Source of the DNA: an uncultured Solirubrobacterales bacterium
Lineage (GTDB): Bacteria > Actinomycetota > Thermoleophilia > Solirubrobacterales > 70-9
Assembly (NCBI GenBank): GCA_963766755.1
Contig: CAVYBI010000007.1
Location: 386,992 to 450,991 of the forward strand
Direction of reading: 5' to 3'
Length of the DNA stretch: 64,000 nt
Shown: in pieces, positions 12,297 through 26,395 of the stretch
Layout of the letters: each line of letters begins with the position of its first letter
How positions within the stretch are numbered: position 1 is the first letter of the stretch
Program-made: the position numbers and the translations under genes
Notes under the pieces: model-generated
Seen by the model: the letters and a program-made list of their open reading frames with translations, nothing else
Database searches by the model: none
What the model was told of the DNA's origin: nothing

Positions 12297-13682
12297 TGCC
12301 GCAGAACATGTTCGAAAAGATCTGGGAGGCCCACGAGGTCTCCGACGGCCTGATCTACATCGATCTGCACCTGGTCCACGAGGTCACCTCGCCGCAGGCC
12401 TTCGACGGCCTGCGCCTGGCGAGCCGGCCGGTGCGCCGCGCCGACAAGACCCTGGCCACCGCCGACCACAACACGCCCACCGACGGCACCATGGCGGCGC
12501 GCCTGATCGCCGACGAGCTCTCCCGCGTCCAGGTCGAAACCCTGGAGCGCAACTGCGAGGAGTTCGGCATCCCGATCTACTCGCTGGGCTCCGACCGGCA
12601 GGGGATCGTCCACGTGATCGGCCCGGAGCTGGGCGTCACCCAGCCGGGGATGACGATCGTCTGCGGCGACAGCCACACCTCGACCCACGGCGCCTTCGGC
12701 TCGCTGGCCTTCGGCATCGGCACCTCCGAGGTCGAGCACGTGCTGGCGACCCAGTGCCTGGTCCAGAAGCGGCCGAAGACGATGCGGATCTCCTACTCGG
12801 GCGAGCTCGGCTCCGGCGTCACGCCCAAGGACCTGATCCTGGCGACGATCGGCCGCCTCGGCACCGGCGGCATGGTCGGCTACGCGGTCGAGTACGCCGG
12901 GCCCGGCGATCGAGGCGCTGCAGATGCCGGGCCGGATGACGATCTGCAACATGACGATCGAGGGCGGCGGCCGGGCGGGCATGATCGCCCCCGACGAGAC
13001 GACCTTCGAGTGGGTCCGCGGCCGTCCCGGCGCCCCCGCCGACTTCGACGCCGCCGCCGAGCGCTGGCGCCAGCTGCCCAGCGACGAGGGGGCGAGCTTC
13101 GACACCGAGGTCGAGGTCGACGCCGGCGCGATCTCGCCGATGGTCACCTGGGGCACCAACCCCGGGATGGTCTTCGAGGTCACCGACAGGGTCCCCGACC
13201 CGGCGGCGATGGACTCGCCGGCCGACCGCGAATCGGCCGAACGGGCGCTCGCCTACATGGGCCTGGAGGCCGGCACCCCGATGACCGAGGTCGCCCCGGA
13301 ACGGGTCTTCATCGGCTCCTGCACCAACTCGCGGATCGAGGATCTGCGCGAGGCCGCCGCGGTCGTCGACGGCCGCAGGGTCGCCGGCTCGGTGCGGGCG
13401 ATGGTCGTCCCCGGCTCCCAGCAGGTGAAGGCGACCGCCGAAGCGGAGGGGCTGCACGAGGTCTTCCGCTCCGCCGGCTTCGAATGGCGCGAGGCGGGCT
13501 GCTCGATGTGCCTGGGGATGAACCCCGACATCCTCGACGAGGGCGAGCGCTGCGCCTCGACCTCGAACCGCAACTTCGAGGGACGGCAGGGCAAGGGTGG
13601 GCGCACCCACCTGGTCAGCCCGAAGATGGCGGCGGCGGCCGCGATCGAGGGACATTTCGTCGACATCAGGAATTGGAGCTGA
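12296..13682 (+). pseudogene. leuC: 3-isopropylmalate dehydratase large subunit; frame broken by one extra base at about 12905
   Basis: N-part (..[19 protein letters not shown]) is in frame 12296. The rest ([40 protein letters not shown]) is in the frame of listed ORF 12924..13682. Confidence 0.9.
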
Positions 13683-13684
13683 GG

Positions 13685-14248
13685 ATGAGGCCGATAGACG
13701 TGATCGAGGGCAAGGTCTCGGTCCTGGACCGCCACGACGTGGACACCGACCAGATCATCCCCAAGCAGTTCCTCAAGCGGGTCGAGCGGACCGGCTTCGG
13801 CGAGTTCCTCTTCTACGACTGGATCCGCGACGGCGAGATCGAGCTGGAGCCGAACCCGATCCTGGTCACCGGGCGCAACTTCGGCTGCGGCTCCTCGCGC
13901 GAGCACGCCCCCTGGGCGCTGGAGGACTTCGGCTTCGAGGCGATCGTCGCCCCGTCCTTCGCCGACATCTTCTACTCCAACTGCACCAAGATCGGGCTGC
14001 TGCCGGCGATCCTCGACGAGGAGCACTGCCGCCCGGTCGCGGAGGCGGGCGAGGCGCGGATCGACGTCGACGACGAGACGGTCACCTGCGCCGCCGGCGT
14101 CTTCGAGTTCGAGGTCGAGCCGGACGTCAAGCACCGGCTGCTGAACGGGCTCGACGACATCGGCATCACGCTCGAGAACGTCGCCGCGATCGACGCGTTC
14201 GAGAGCTCGGGCGGAGCCGACCGCGGCCCGGTGACGACCGCGCTCTGA
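13685..14248 (+). CDS. leuD: 3-isopropylmalate dehydratase small subunit
   Basis: ATG 13685: [48 protein letters not shown]. Confidence 0.9.
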   Translation: MRPIDVIEGKVSVLDRHDVDTDQIIPKQFLKRVERTGFGEFLFYDWIRDGEIELEPNPILVTGRNFGCGSSREHAPWALEDFGFEAIVAPSFADIFYSNCTKIGLLPAILDEEHCRPVAEAGEARIDVDDETVTCAAGVFEFEVEPDVKHRLLNGLDDIGITLENVAAIDAFESSGGADRGPVTTAL

Positions 14249-14253
14249 GCGGG

Positions 14254-15020
14254 ATGGCCGAGGCGATCAACACCGGGCCCCGCGAGTGGGACGCCGAGAC
14301 CTACGACGCGATCTCCGATCCGCAGTTCGAGTGGGGCAGCGGAGGTGCTGGAGCGGCTCGAGCTGCGCGGGGACGAGACCGCCCTCGACGCCGGCTGCGG
14401 CTCCGGCCGCGTCACCGAGCTGCTGGCGAGCGGCTGCCCGATGGCAGGCTCGTCGCGGTCGACGGCTCCGAGGCGATGATCGCCAAGGCGCGCGAGCGGC
14501 TGGGGGCGCGGGCGACCTACCTCGTCTCCGACCTCTCCGAGCTTGCGCTCGAGCCGGTCGACCTGGTCTTCTCGACCGCGACCTTCCACTGGATCGTCGA
14601 CCACGACCGGCTCTTCGCCCGCCTGCGCGAGGCCTGGTGCCGGGCGGCCGGCTCGTCGCCCAGTGCGGGGGCGAGGGCAACGTCGCCGAGCACGCCCAGG
14701 CGATCGCCGCCGTCGCCTCCCGGCCCGAGTACGCGCCCCACTTCGAGGGAATGGCAGCGATGTGGAACTTCGCCGCGCCGGAGCAGACCGAGTCGAGGCT
14801 GCGGGCGGCCGGCTTCTCCGAGGCTCGCTGCTGGCTGGAGCCGAAGCCGTACGCCCCGACCGACCCGCTCCGGTTCACGATGACCGTCACCCTCGGCCCG
14901 CACCTGGCGCGGCTGCCGGAGCAAGCGCGCCAGCCCTTCGCCGAAGCCGTGCTCGAGCTCTGCGAGCAGCCGCTCGTGCTCGACTACGTGCGCCTCAACA
15001 TCGAGGCCGTCGCCGGCTAA
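14254..15020 (+). pseudogene. Tam-like (trans-aconitate methyltransferase family) SAM-dependent methyltransferase; three frame breaks (about 14341, 14429, 14634)
   Basis: Pieced reading: MAEAINTGPREWDAETYDAISDPQFEWGS / EVLERLELRGDETALDAGCGSGRVTELLA / ERLPDGRLVAVDGSEAMIAKARERL..DLVFSTATFHWIVDHDRLFARLREA / LVPGGRLVAQCGGEGN.. to stop 15020. Confidence 0.75.
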
Positions 15021-15038
15021 CGCGTAGAGTCCCGCCGC

Positions 15039-16150
15039 GTGAGCGCCGCCCCGCGCATAGTCGTCCTCCCCGGCGACGGGATCGGCCCGGAGATCGTCGC
15101 CGCCGCGCGGCGGCTGCTGGAGTCGCTCGGCGAGTTCGAGTTCGACGAGCGGCTGATGGGCGGCGCCTCGATCGACGCCCACGGCATCGCCCTCACCGAC
15201 GAGGTGCTGGACGCCTGCCGGGCCGCCGACGCGGTCCTGCTCGGCGCCGTCGGCGGCCCCAAATGGGACACGACCGACCCCCACGCGCCGCGCCCCGAGC
15301 AGGGCCTGCTCGGCCTGCGCAAGGGAATGGGCCTCTACGCCAACCTGCGCCCGGTGCGGCCGAGCCCGGCCCTGGTCGGCGCCAGCCCGCTGCGCGAGGA
15401 GCGCATCGCCGGCACCGACCTGCTGGTCGTCCGCGAGCTGACCGGCGGCATCTACTTCGGCGACAGCGGCCGCGACGGCGACGTCGCCCACGACACCTGC
15501 GAGTACTCGGCCGCGGAGATCGAGCGCATCGCCCGCACCGCCTTCGAGGCCGCGCGCCGGCGCGCCGAGGGCTCGGACCGCAAGCCCCGCGTCACCTCGG
15601 TCGACAAGGCCAACGTGCTGGAGACCTCGCGGCTCTGGCGCGAGGTCGTGACGGACATCGCCCCCGACTACCCCGACGTCGCCCTCGACCACCTGCTGGT
15701 CGACAACGCGGCGATGCAGCTGGTCTCGCGCCCGGCCGACTTCGACGTGATCGTCACCGAGAACCTCTTCGGCGACATCCTCAGCGACGAGTCGGCGATG
15801 CTGACCGGCTCGCTGGGGATGCTGCCCTCGGCCAGCCTCGGCGCCGACGGCGCCCCGGGGCTGTTCGAGCCCGTCCACGGCTCGGCCCCCGACATCGCCG
15901 GCAAGGGCATCGCCAACCCGCTCGCGACCTTCCTCTCGGTGGCGATGATGCTGCGCCACGGCCTCCAGCGCCCGGACGACGCGGAGCGGATCGAGGCCGC
16001 GGTCGACGCGGTGCTCGAGCAGCGGCCTGCGCACGCCGGACCTCGCCGCGGGGACGCCGGCAACGCCGCCGATGCCGGACATCCCCGCCGAGGTCGAGGT
16101 CGGGACCGCCGAGATGACCGACGCGGTCCTCGCGGCGCTCTCCGAGCTAA
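15039..16150 (+). pseudogene. leuB: 3-isopropylmalate dehydrogenase; frame break near 16023 and probably a second just before the assumed stop TAA 16148-16150
   Basis: [39 protein letters not shown], then [24 protein letters not shown] continues in the frame of listed ORF 16072... The 3' end is inferred from the convergent CTAA stop overlap. Confidence 0.85.
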
Positions 16151-16977
16151 GGAGCGGTCACCGCCCACTGGCCGTAGGCGAAGTACGGGTTGAGGGCGGG
16201 GCCTTGCGCTTTCGCGACGAGGCCGAAGCCAAGCCGGGTGTTGTTCTCGGCCGCGATCGGCGTGAACGACCCGTTTCGTCGAGGTTTTCTTTGTTGGTGA
16301 CGTAGATGCAGAGGTTGCCGGCGTCGCCTGCGGCGTCTGGCCATCGCCGCCGCCGAGGCCACCGCAGTTGGCGGTCGTCTGGCCGGGTTGCAGCACGGTC
16401 ACCGAGGGCAGCGTTCAGCAGCGGGAACTGGAAGCTGACCGCGGAGCGGGTCAGGTCTCCCGCCGTCCCGGTGGCGCCGACGCTCGAACACGCCCCGCAG
16501 CGTCTGCCCGCTTTTCAGAGTGCACACGATCGGGCCGAATTCCTCGCTGAGCTTGCTGGGCGTGACCGAGCCGTTGGCGAGGATCGGGTTGGTGACCGAG
16601 CCATTGGCCAGTTTCGGCGTGGTCACGGCGTTCGTTGTTGAGTTTGTTGGTCGTGATGACGCCGTTTTTGATCGAGCTGGCGATCACGGCGCCGGCGCCG
16701 ATCTTGGCGGTGGTGACGGCGCCGTTGCCGATGTTGCCAGGCAGGACGGCGTTGGGGCCGAGCTTGCCGGCGACGACCGACTTCTGCGCCAGCTTGCCGC
16801 TGGTGACGGCGCCCTTGCGCAGTTTGGCGGCGGTCACCGCGCCCCGCTTGAGCTGGTTGGGGCCGACGCTGTTCGCGGCAGCCCGGCGGCGACGGCGGCG
16901 CCGCCGAGGGCGATGAAGAGCGCGATCGTCGCGATCACGTTCGAGTAGCTGAGCTTCGGGAGAAACCTGGAATTCAT
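16147..16977 (-). pseudogene. membrane-anchored or secreted protein with about ten tandem 10-residue repeats (AVTxxKLxxG) and a C-terminal beta-rich domain; about six frame breaks
   Basis: ATG 16977 with GGAGG upstream: MNSRFLPKLSYSNVIATIALFIALGG... Repeats AVTAAKLRKG AVTSGKLAQKS VVAGKLGPN AVLPGNIGNG AVTTAKIGAG AVIASSIKNG VITTNKLNNE AVTTPKLANG SVTNPILANG SVTPSKLSEE. The tail ..[41 protein letters not shown] is spread over four listed minus-strand ORFs. Confidence 0.6.
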
Positions 16978-17066
16978 CTGTCCTACGCCTCCGTTGTCGC
17001 GTTTCAGGCGTGATTCGTGGCCCGGGGTGGGAAGACCTTCGTTTGATCGGGCATACTTCCGACAAC

Positions 17067-18013
17067 ATGGACCAGGCGGATTTGATTTGGCACAACGGCG
17101 AGTTCGTGCCCTGGGAGGACGCGAAAGTCCACGTGCTCAGCCACGGGCTGCACTACGGCACCGGCGTCTTCGAGGGCATCCGCTGCTATGAGACCGAGCG
17201 CGGACCGGCGGTCTTCCGCCACCGCGACCACCTCGACCGGCTGCGCGAAGTCGGCCGAGCTCTACTACCTCGAGCTGCCCTACTCGGCCGAGGAGATCGC
17301 CCGGCCACCCACGAGCTGATCCGCCGCAACGGGCTCGCGCTCCTGCTACATCCGCCCGCTCGCCTTCCGCGGCTACGGCAGCCTCGGCCTCTACGCCACC
17401 GACGCCCCGATCGACGTGATCATCGCCGCCTTCCCCTGGGGCGCCTACCTCGGCGAGGAGGGCAAGCAGCACGGCATCCGCGCCAAGGTCTCGAGCTGGC
17501 GGCGGATCAGCCCCGGCGGCCTGATCCCGCACGCCAAGGCCTCGGGCCAGTACCTGAACTCGATCCTGGCCAAGACCGAGTCGGCAGAAAGCCGGCTACG
17601 AAGAGGCGATCCTGCTCGACGAGCGCGGCTTCGTCTGCGAGGGCTCGGGCGAGAACATCTTCGTCGTCCGCGACGGCGAGATCGTCACCCCGCCGCACGT
17701 CGCCGCGATCCTCGACGGGATCAACCGCAAGTCGGTGATCCAGATCGCCCGCGACCTCGGCTACACCGTGGTCGAGCGCGACGTCGCCCGCGCCGAGCTC
17801 TACCTGGCCGAGGAGGTCTTCCTCACCGGCACCGCCGCCGAGCTGGTGCCGGTGCGCGAGATCGACGACCACCCGCTCGGCGAGCCGGGGGAGATCACCC
17901 GCCACATCCAGGCCAAGTTCGACGACGCCCTGCACGGCCGCGCCGAGGAGTACCTGGAGTGGCTCGACTTCGTCGAGGTCGCCGGCCGGAGCGGACGCAG
18001 GCGAGTAAGGTGA
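17067..18013 (+). pseudogene. ilvE: branched-chain amino acid aminotransferase (class IV); four frame breaks (about 17250, 17304, 17337, 17589)
   Basis: MDQADLIWHNGEFVPWEDAKVHVLSHGLHYGTGVFEGIRCY.. / SAELYYLELPYSAEEIA / THELIRRNGL / RSCYIRPLAFRGYGSLG..ASGQYLNSILAKTES / KAGYEEAILLDERGFVCEGSGENIFVV..LTGTAAE, across three listed ORFs. Confidence 0.9.
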
Positions 18014-18138
18014 GTTCCTGATGCGCTTCCATCGAGTCGATCGGGCGAATTACCGCAGCCGCCTAGCGGCTGGCGCGGCGATGCCGTGCAGACGGGGCCT
18101 CGCGCTCCCTCCCGATCTTCCGACTCGAAAGGCAGCAG

Positions 18139-19715
<1,577 letters not shown>

Positions 19716-19716
19716 C

Positions 19717-20855
19717 CAACAGGGTCAGCAGATCCCGCTCGCCCAGCCCGAGGTCGGCGCCCGCGAGGAGGAGCTGGCGCTCGAGGTGCTGCGCTCCGGG
19801 CCGGCTCTCGCTGGGCCCGATGGGGGAGCGCTTCGAGCGCGACCTCGCCGGCCTGGCTCGGGGTCGAGGACGCGGTCGCGGTCTCCAGCGGCACCACCGC
19901 CCTGCACCTCGGGGTGCGGGCGCTCGGCTGGGGGGCCGGCGACGAGGTCCTGACCAGCCCCTTCAGCTTCGTCGCCTCGGCCAACTGCCTGCTCTACGAG
20001 GGGGCGCGGCCGGTCTTCTGCGACGTCGACCCGGTCACGCTCAACCTCGACCCGGCCGCCGCCGGGGCGGCGGTCGGCGAGCGCACCGGGGGCATCCTGC
20101 CGGTCCACATCTTCGGCTACCCGGCGGCGATGGCCGAGCTGGAGGCGCTCGCCGCCGAGCACGGCCTCGGCATCCTCGAGGACGCCTGCGAGGCGCTCGG
20201 CGCGGTCGACTCCGAGGGCCGCGCCGGTCGGCGCCCGCGGCAACCTCGCCACCTTCGCCTTCTACGCCAACAAGCAGATGACGACGGGGGAGGGGGGCAT
20301 GATCGTCCCCTCCGGCCCGGAGGCGGCCGCACGCCTGCGCAGCGAGCGCAACCAGGGTCGCGCCGCCGACATGGGCTGGCTCGACCACGGCGGGCTCGGC
20401 TTCAACTACCGGCTCTCCGATCTCGCCGCCGCGCTCGGCGTCGCCCAGGTCGAGAAGCTCGACTCGCTGCTGGAGCGCCGCGCCGCGGTCGCCTCGCTCT
20501 ACGAGCGAGCGGCTGGCCGGCGGTCGAGGGCGTCGAGGCCCCGATCGCCGCCCGCGGCGCCGAGCGCCGCAGCTGGTTCGTCTACGTCGTCCGCCTCGCC
20601 GACGAGGTCGACCGCGACGCGACGATCGCCCGCCTCGCCGAGCGCGGCATCGCCAGCAAGGCCTACCTGCCCTGCATCCACCTCTTCCCCCACCTGCGCG
20701 AGCTCGGCTACCGCGAGGGCCAGTTCCCGGTCGCCGAAGCCGCCTCCGCCCACTCGCTGGCGCTGCCCTTCTTCCCGGCGATGAGCGAGGGCCAGGTGGA
20801 CCGTGTCTGTCAGGAGCTGGCGGCGGCCCTCGGTCAGCCGCCGGTAAGGGGATAA
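19717..20855 (+). pseudogene. DegT/DnrJ/EryC1/StrS-family PLP-dependent aminotransferase; at least four frame breaks; start not identified
   Basis: [23 protein letters not shown] / [16 protein letters not shown] / [40 protein letters not shown] / [38 protein letters not shown] / ..[27 protein letters not shown]; stop 20853-20855. Confidence 0.8.
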
Positions 20856-20866
20856 TCGCCCGCTCG

Positions 20867-22263
<1,397 letters not shown>

Positions 22264-22267
<4 letters not shown>

Positions 22268-22878
22268 CGGTCGACGGGCCTGCAACGTCCACATCGCGGA
22301 CGCCTGACGCCCGCCGGCTGGAGCGTTCGTTCTTCGACCGCTCGGTCCACGACGTCGCCCGCGACCTGGTCGGCTGCCGGCTCTTCTTCGAAGGCGTCGG
22401 CGGCGTCGATCGTCGAGACCGAGAGCTACGAGCGCGACGACCCCGCCTGCCACGCCTACGTCGGCCTCACCGATCGCACCGAGGTCCTCTTCGGGCCGCC
22501 GGGGCGCGCCTACGTCTACCTCTCCTACGGCATCCACAGCCTGCTCAACGCCGTCGCCGAACCGGAGGGCGAGGCGGCGGCGGTGCTGATCCGGGCGCTG
22601 GAGCCGACCGCCGGCATCGAGCAGATGCGGGCTCGCCGCGGCGAGCGTCCCGAGGGCGAGCTCTGCTCGGGGCCCGGGCAAGCTGACCGAGGCGCTCGGC
22701 ATCGGCCTCGAGCGCAACGGCGCCGACCTCGGCCGCGACCCGTTCCTGCTGCTGGGCCCCGACGGCCCGCCCGCCGCGGTGGTCACCGGGCCGCGGATCG
22801 GGATCACCAAAGCGGTCGAGCGGCCCTGGCGCTTCTGCGCCGCCGGCAGCCGCCTTCGTCTCCCGGCCGCGACCCTAG
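22264..22878 (+). pseudogene. mpg: DNA-3-methyladenine glycosylase (Mpg/AAG family); three frame breaks (about 22409, 22679, 22848)
   Basis: ..[23 protein letters not shown].. / [42 protein letters not shown] / [25 protein letters not shown] / ..FVSRPRP with stop TAG 22876-22878. TTG 22264 overlaps the argH stop (TTGA). Confidence 0.8.
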
Positions 22879-22908
22879 GCCGCGCTGAGTCGAGTCCCGT
22901 CGGCCGGA

Positions 22909-25169
22909 TCAGCCGGCGGTGACCCCGCCGCCGCCCCCGCTGGATTCGGGAGCTGCTTCGGGTTCGGCTTCCGGCGCCGCTTCGGGCGTCGCTTCGCCTT
23001 CGGGTTCGGCTTCGACCTCCGGCGCCGGTTCGCTTTCTTCGCTTTCCGGAGCGGTTTCCGTTTCGGCACCGGCGGTACGTAGGTGTTCGGCTTTCGCCGG
23101 AGTCGCCGTCGCTGGTCTCGCGGCCTTCCTCCTCGGCCTTCTTCTCGGCGGCCGGTTCGGCCTGGATCTCCTCCCAGGCGGAGATCACGCTGGCCCAGAT
23201 CAGGGCCGGGAAGGTGCCGCCCATCACCGGGCCGCCGTTGAAGAGCGTGGTCATCGGCGTCGTCGAGTCGGGGTAGCCGACCCAGACGCAGGCGGTGACT
23301 TCGTCGCTGACGCCGCCGCAGAACCAGGCGTCGCCGTTGTTCTCGGTCGTGCCCGTCTTGCCCCACTGGCCTTCGGCGCCGATCTCGGCGTTGGTGCCGG
23401 TGCCGCTGGAGACGACCGTTTCGAGGATGCGCTTGGCTTCCTGCGCAACCCCTTCGTCGATCACCTGCTCGTGGGTGGAGTCGTTGTCGCCGCCCTTGAT
23501 CGTGTGGTCGTCCTGGTCGGTGACCTGGGTGTAGGAGACCGGGCTGTCGCCGGGCCGCGGGGCCAGGGTGCCGCTGACGCGGTCGCCGTCGTTGCCGAGG
23601 GTGCTGTAGGCGTAGGTCCAGCCGAGCGGGGTGACGCCGATCTCGAGACCGCCGAGCACCATCGCCGGGTTGGTCGAGATCGGGTCGGCGTAGCCCATCT
23701 TGTGGATCGTCGCCGCGATCGAGCGGGTGCGGTCGGCGACGGTCTTCCCCTTCAGGCCTTCAAGCGCCAGCTGGGCGTAGACGGAGTTGTCGGAGTTGGT
23801 CGTGGCGCAGATGATCGAGCAGGAGCCGGCGTAGAGGTCGCCGTCGTTGGTGACGGTGAAGACTTCCTGCCCGTTCTTGCCGAAGCGGAATTCCTGCGGC
23901 GCCGATTCGTAGACCGTTTCCGGCGAGATCCCCTCGCTCGAGGGCGGTCAGCAGCGATGAAGGGCTTGATCGAGGAGCCGGGCTGGCGGTGGCCCTGGGT
24001 CGCGAGGTTGAAGGGCGCGGTGTCGAAGTCGGGGCCGCCGACCATCGCCTTGATGCCCGCGTTGCGGTTGTCGATCACGACCACGGAGGCGGTCGCCGGC
24101 GAGTAGCCCAGATAGGAGTTGACCGCTTCCTCGGCCGCTTCCTGCAGGCCGAGGTCGAGCGTCGACTTGACCTTGAGGCCGGCGAAGAAGGCCTTCGAGG
24201 CGCCGTAGCGTTCGACCAGCTGCTGGCGCAGGTAGGCGGTGAAGTAGGGGGCCTTGGAGTCGATCGTCGGCGGCTCGATGGCGTCGGGGGAGGGCAGCGC
24301 CTGCTTGGTCCCTTCCTCGAGCTGCTCTGCGGAGATGTAGCCCTGTTCGTACATCTTTTCCAGCACGATGTTGCGGCGCCCGAGCGAGTTTTCGGGATAG
24401 ACCTTGGGGTCGTAGGCCGAGGGCGAGGCGATGCTCGCCGGCCAGGGTCGCCGCCTCCCAGGGCTCCAGCACCGAGGCGCAGGGCTCGGTCGGGGTGCCG
24501 CAGCCGGGGTGGGCGTCGCCGAAGAAGGTGCGGGCGGCGGCCTCGATCCCATAGGCGCCCTCGCCGAAGTAGATCGTGTTCAGGTACTCGGTGAGGATCT
24601 TGTCCTTGCTCCAGTGGCGCTCGAGGCGGTAGGCCAGCGCCGCCTCCTTGAACTTGACGAAGAGGGTGCGGGTGTCCTGGGCTTCGAGCGCGTTCTTGAC
24701 GAACTGCTCGGTGATCGTCGAGCCGCCCTGGGCGGCGCTCTGGCTGAGGATGTCTTTGACCAGGGCGCGGCCGATGCCCTGGAAGTCGACGCCGCTGTGC
24801 TCGTAGAAGCGCGCGTCCTCGATCGCGACCACCGCGTTCTTGACGTTGGGGGAGATCTGCCCGGAGCTGAGCAGGATTTTGTTCTGGTCGCTGGTCAGGG
24901 TCCCGAGCGGGACCCCGTTGGCGTCGATAGATCTCGCTGTTCTTGGAGGCCTTGTACTGGGCGAAGTTGTAGATCGCCGGCAGGTCCTGAGAGACCGCCG
25001 CCATCATCCCGAAGACGGTCGAGACCATCGCCAGGATCGCCAGCCCGAGCAGGACGAAGAGCACGCGCAGCTTCTTCAGCCGCGGCTTCGCAGGCTTGGT
25101 CGGGGGAGCCGGAGGGGCGGGCGGAACTTCGCCGCCACGCCGCCGGCGCTTTATTCCTAGGGCCGCCAT
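22909..25169 (-). pseudogene. ponA: class A penicillin-binding protein (transglycosylase/transpeptidase, PBP1A type); at least five frame breaks
   Basis: N-terminal anchor KKLRVLFVLLGLAILAMVSTVF. GT51 motifs IEDARFYEHSGVD and GGSTITEQ. TP motifs GSSIKPF (SxxK), NSDN (SxN) and KTGTT. Acidic Glu/Pro/Ala tail ending TGA at 22911-22909 in a third frame. Confidence 0.85.
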
Positions 25170-25233
25170 CGAGAGGTGACTGCTCGGCGTGGCTCAGCCC
25201 GCCGAGCGGAGGCGGCAGTCTAGCATTCGCCAG

Positions 25234-26395
25234 ATGGCCGATTTGACGCGTAACGCGGTCGACGTGCTGCCGGACGGGAGGCTCGCCGAGCAGCTCGCCG
25301 GCGAGCTGCCGCTGCGGGTGAAGCTGGGGATCGACCCGACCACGGCCGACATCCACCTCGGCCACACGGTCGTGCTGGAGAAGCTGCGCGAGTTCCAGCA
25401 GGCCGGCCACACCGTCGTCCTCATCATCGGCGACTTCACCGCCCGGGTCGGCGATCCGAGCGGCCGCTCGAGCACCAGGCCGCTGCCCTCGCCGGAGGAG
25501 ATCGAGGCCAATGCCGCCACCTACCAGGAGCAGGCCTTCAAGCTGCTCGACCGCGAGCGGACCGAGGTCCGCTTCAACAGCGAGTGGCTGAAGATGGAGC
25601 CCGAGGCGCTGCTGGGGTTGCTGGCGCAGACGACCGTGGCCCGCCTGCTCGAGCGCGACGACTTCCAGAAGCGGCTGGGCGCCGGCCAGCCGATCGCGGC
25701 GCTGGAGCTGCTCTACCCGCTGCTGCAGGGCTACGACTCGGTCGCGATCGAGGCCGATCTCGAGCTGGGGGGGACCGACCAGAAGTTCAACCTGCTCTTC
25801 GGCCGCGACATCCAGGCCGCCTACGGCCAGAAGCCGCAGTCGATCCTGACGATGCCGATCCTGGTCGGCACCGACGGCGTCAGGAAGATGAGCAAGTCGC
25901 TCGGCAACTACGTCGGCGTCACCGACGCTCCGGAGGAGATGTTCGGCAAGCTGATGAGCATCCCCGACGAGGCGATGGCCGATTACTTCCGGCTGCTGCT
26001 CGGGAGCGAGCAGCCGCAGGGCCCGCCGAACGAGGCCAAGCGCGAGCTGGCGCGGCGGATCGTCGATCGCTTCCACGGCGAGGGGGCGGGGGCCGGGGCG
26101 GAGGAGCACTTCAACCGCGTCTTCGTCGCTCACTCGGCCCCGGAGGAGATGCCCGACGTCGAGCTCGAGCCCTTCCTCGAGGACGGCTCCGGCGAGGTGC
26201 ACCTGCCGCGCGCTGATCGCCGCCGCCTTCGGCCTCAGCTCCAGCGAGGGGCGCCGGCTGATCCAGCAGGGAGGCGTCAAGCTCGACGGCGAGCCGGTCG
26301 CCGATGGCGCTCTGGACCTGGCCGTGGACGGCCTCGACGGCAAGGTGCTCCAGGTCGGCAAGCGGCGCTTCTGCCGCCTTCGCCAGAGCCACTAG
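25234..26395 (+). pseudogene. tyrS: tyrosyl-tRNA synthetase; one extra base near 26209 separates the C-terminal S4-like domain
   Basis: ATG 25234; HIGH-type motif TADIHLGH and KMSKS present. After ..EVHLP the reading continues in the +1 frame as ALIAAAFGLSSSEGRRLIQQGGVKLDGEPV..RQSH to TAG 26393-26395. Confidence 0.9.

Noticed and set aside
18014-18138. Possible structured leader upstream of cimA. There is long-range complementarity between CGAGTCGATCGGG (about 18043-18055) and CCCGATC..CGACTCG (about 18108-18124). There is also a 15-codon ORF, MRFHRVDRANYRSRL.
   Set aside because: The small ORF has no Ile/Leu/Val run. The pairing is short and hand-found. The region lies in the indel-rich block, so the sequence itself is unreliable.
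22919-23200. Low-complexity Pro/Glu/Ala/Ser-coding stretch on both strands (listed ORFs 22919..24106 + and 22875..23366 -) that could be mistaken for a separate repeat protein.
   Set aside because: Read on the minus strand in the third frame it is a plausible acidic C-terminal tail of the PBP (..AEHLRTAGAETETAPESEESEPAPEVEAEPEGEATPEAAPEAEPEAAPESSGGGGGVTAG*). It ends 31 nt from the convergent mpg stop.
25170-25233. Looked for T-box or other riboswitch leaders upstream of tyrS and proS, and for tRNA genes in the 16S-23S spacer and other gaps.
   Set aside because: The tyrS and proS upstream spacers are only 64 and 35 nt, too short for a T-box. No cloverleaf-like sequence (GTTCGAATC-type T-arm with a matching acceptor stem) was seen in any intergenic region.
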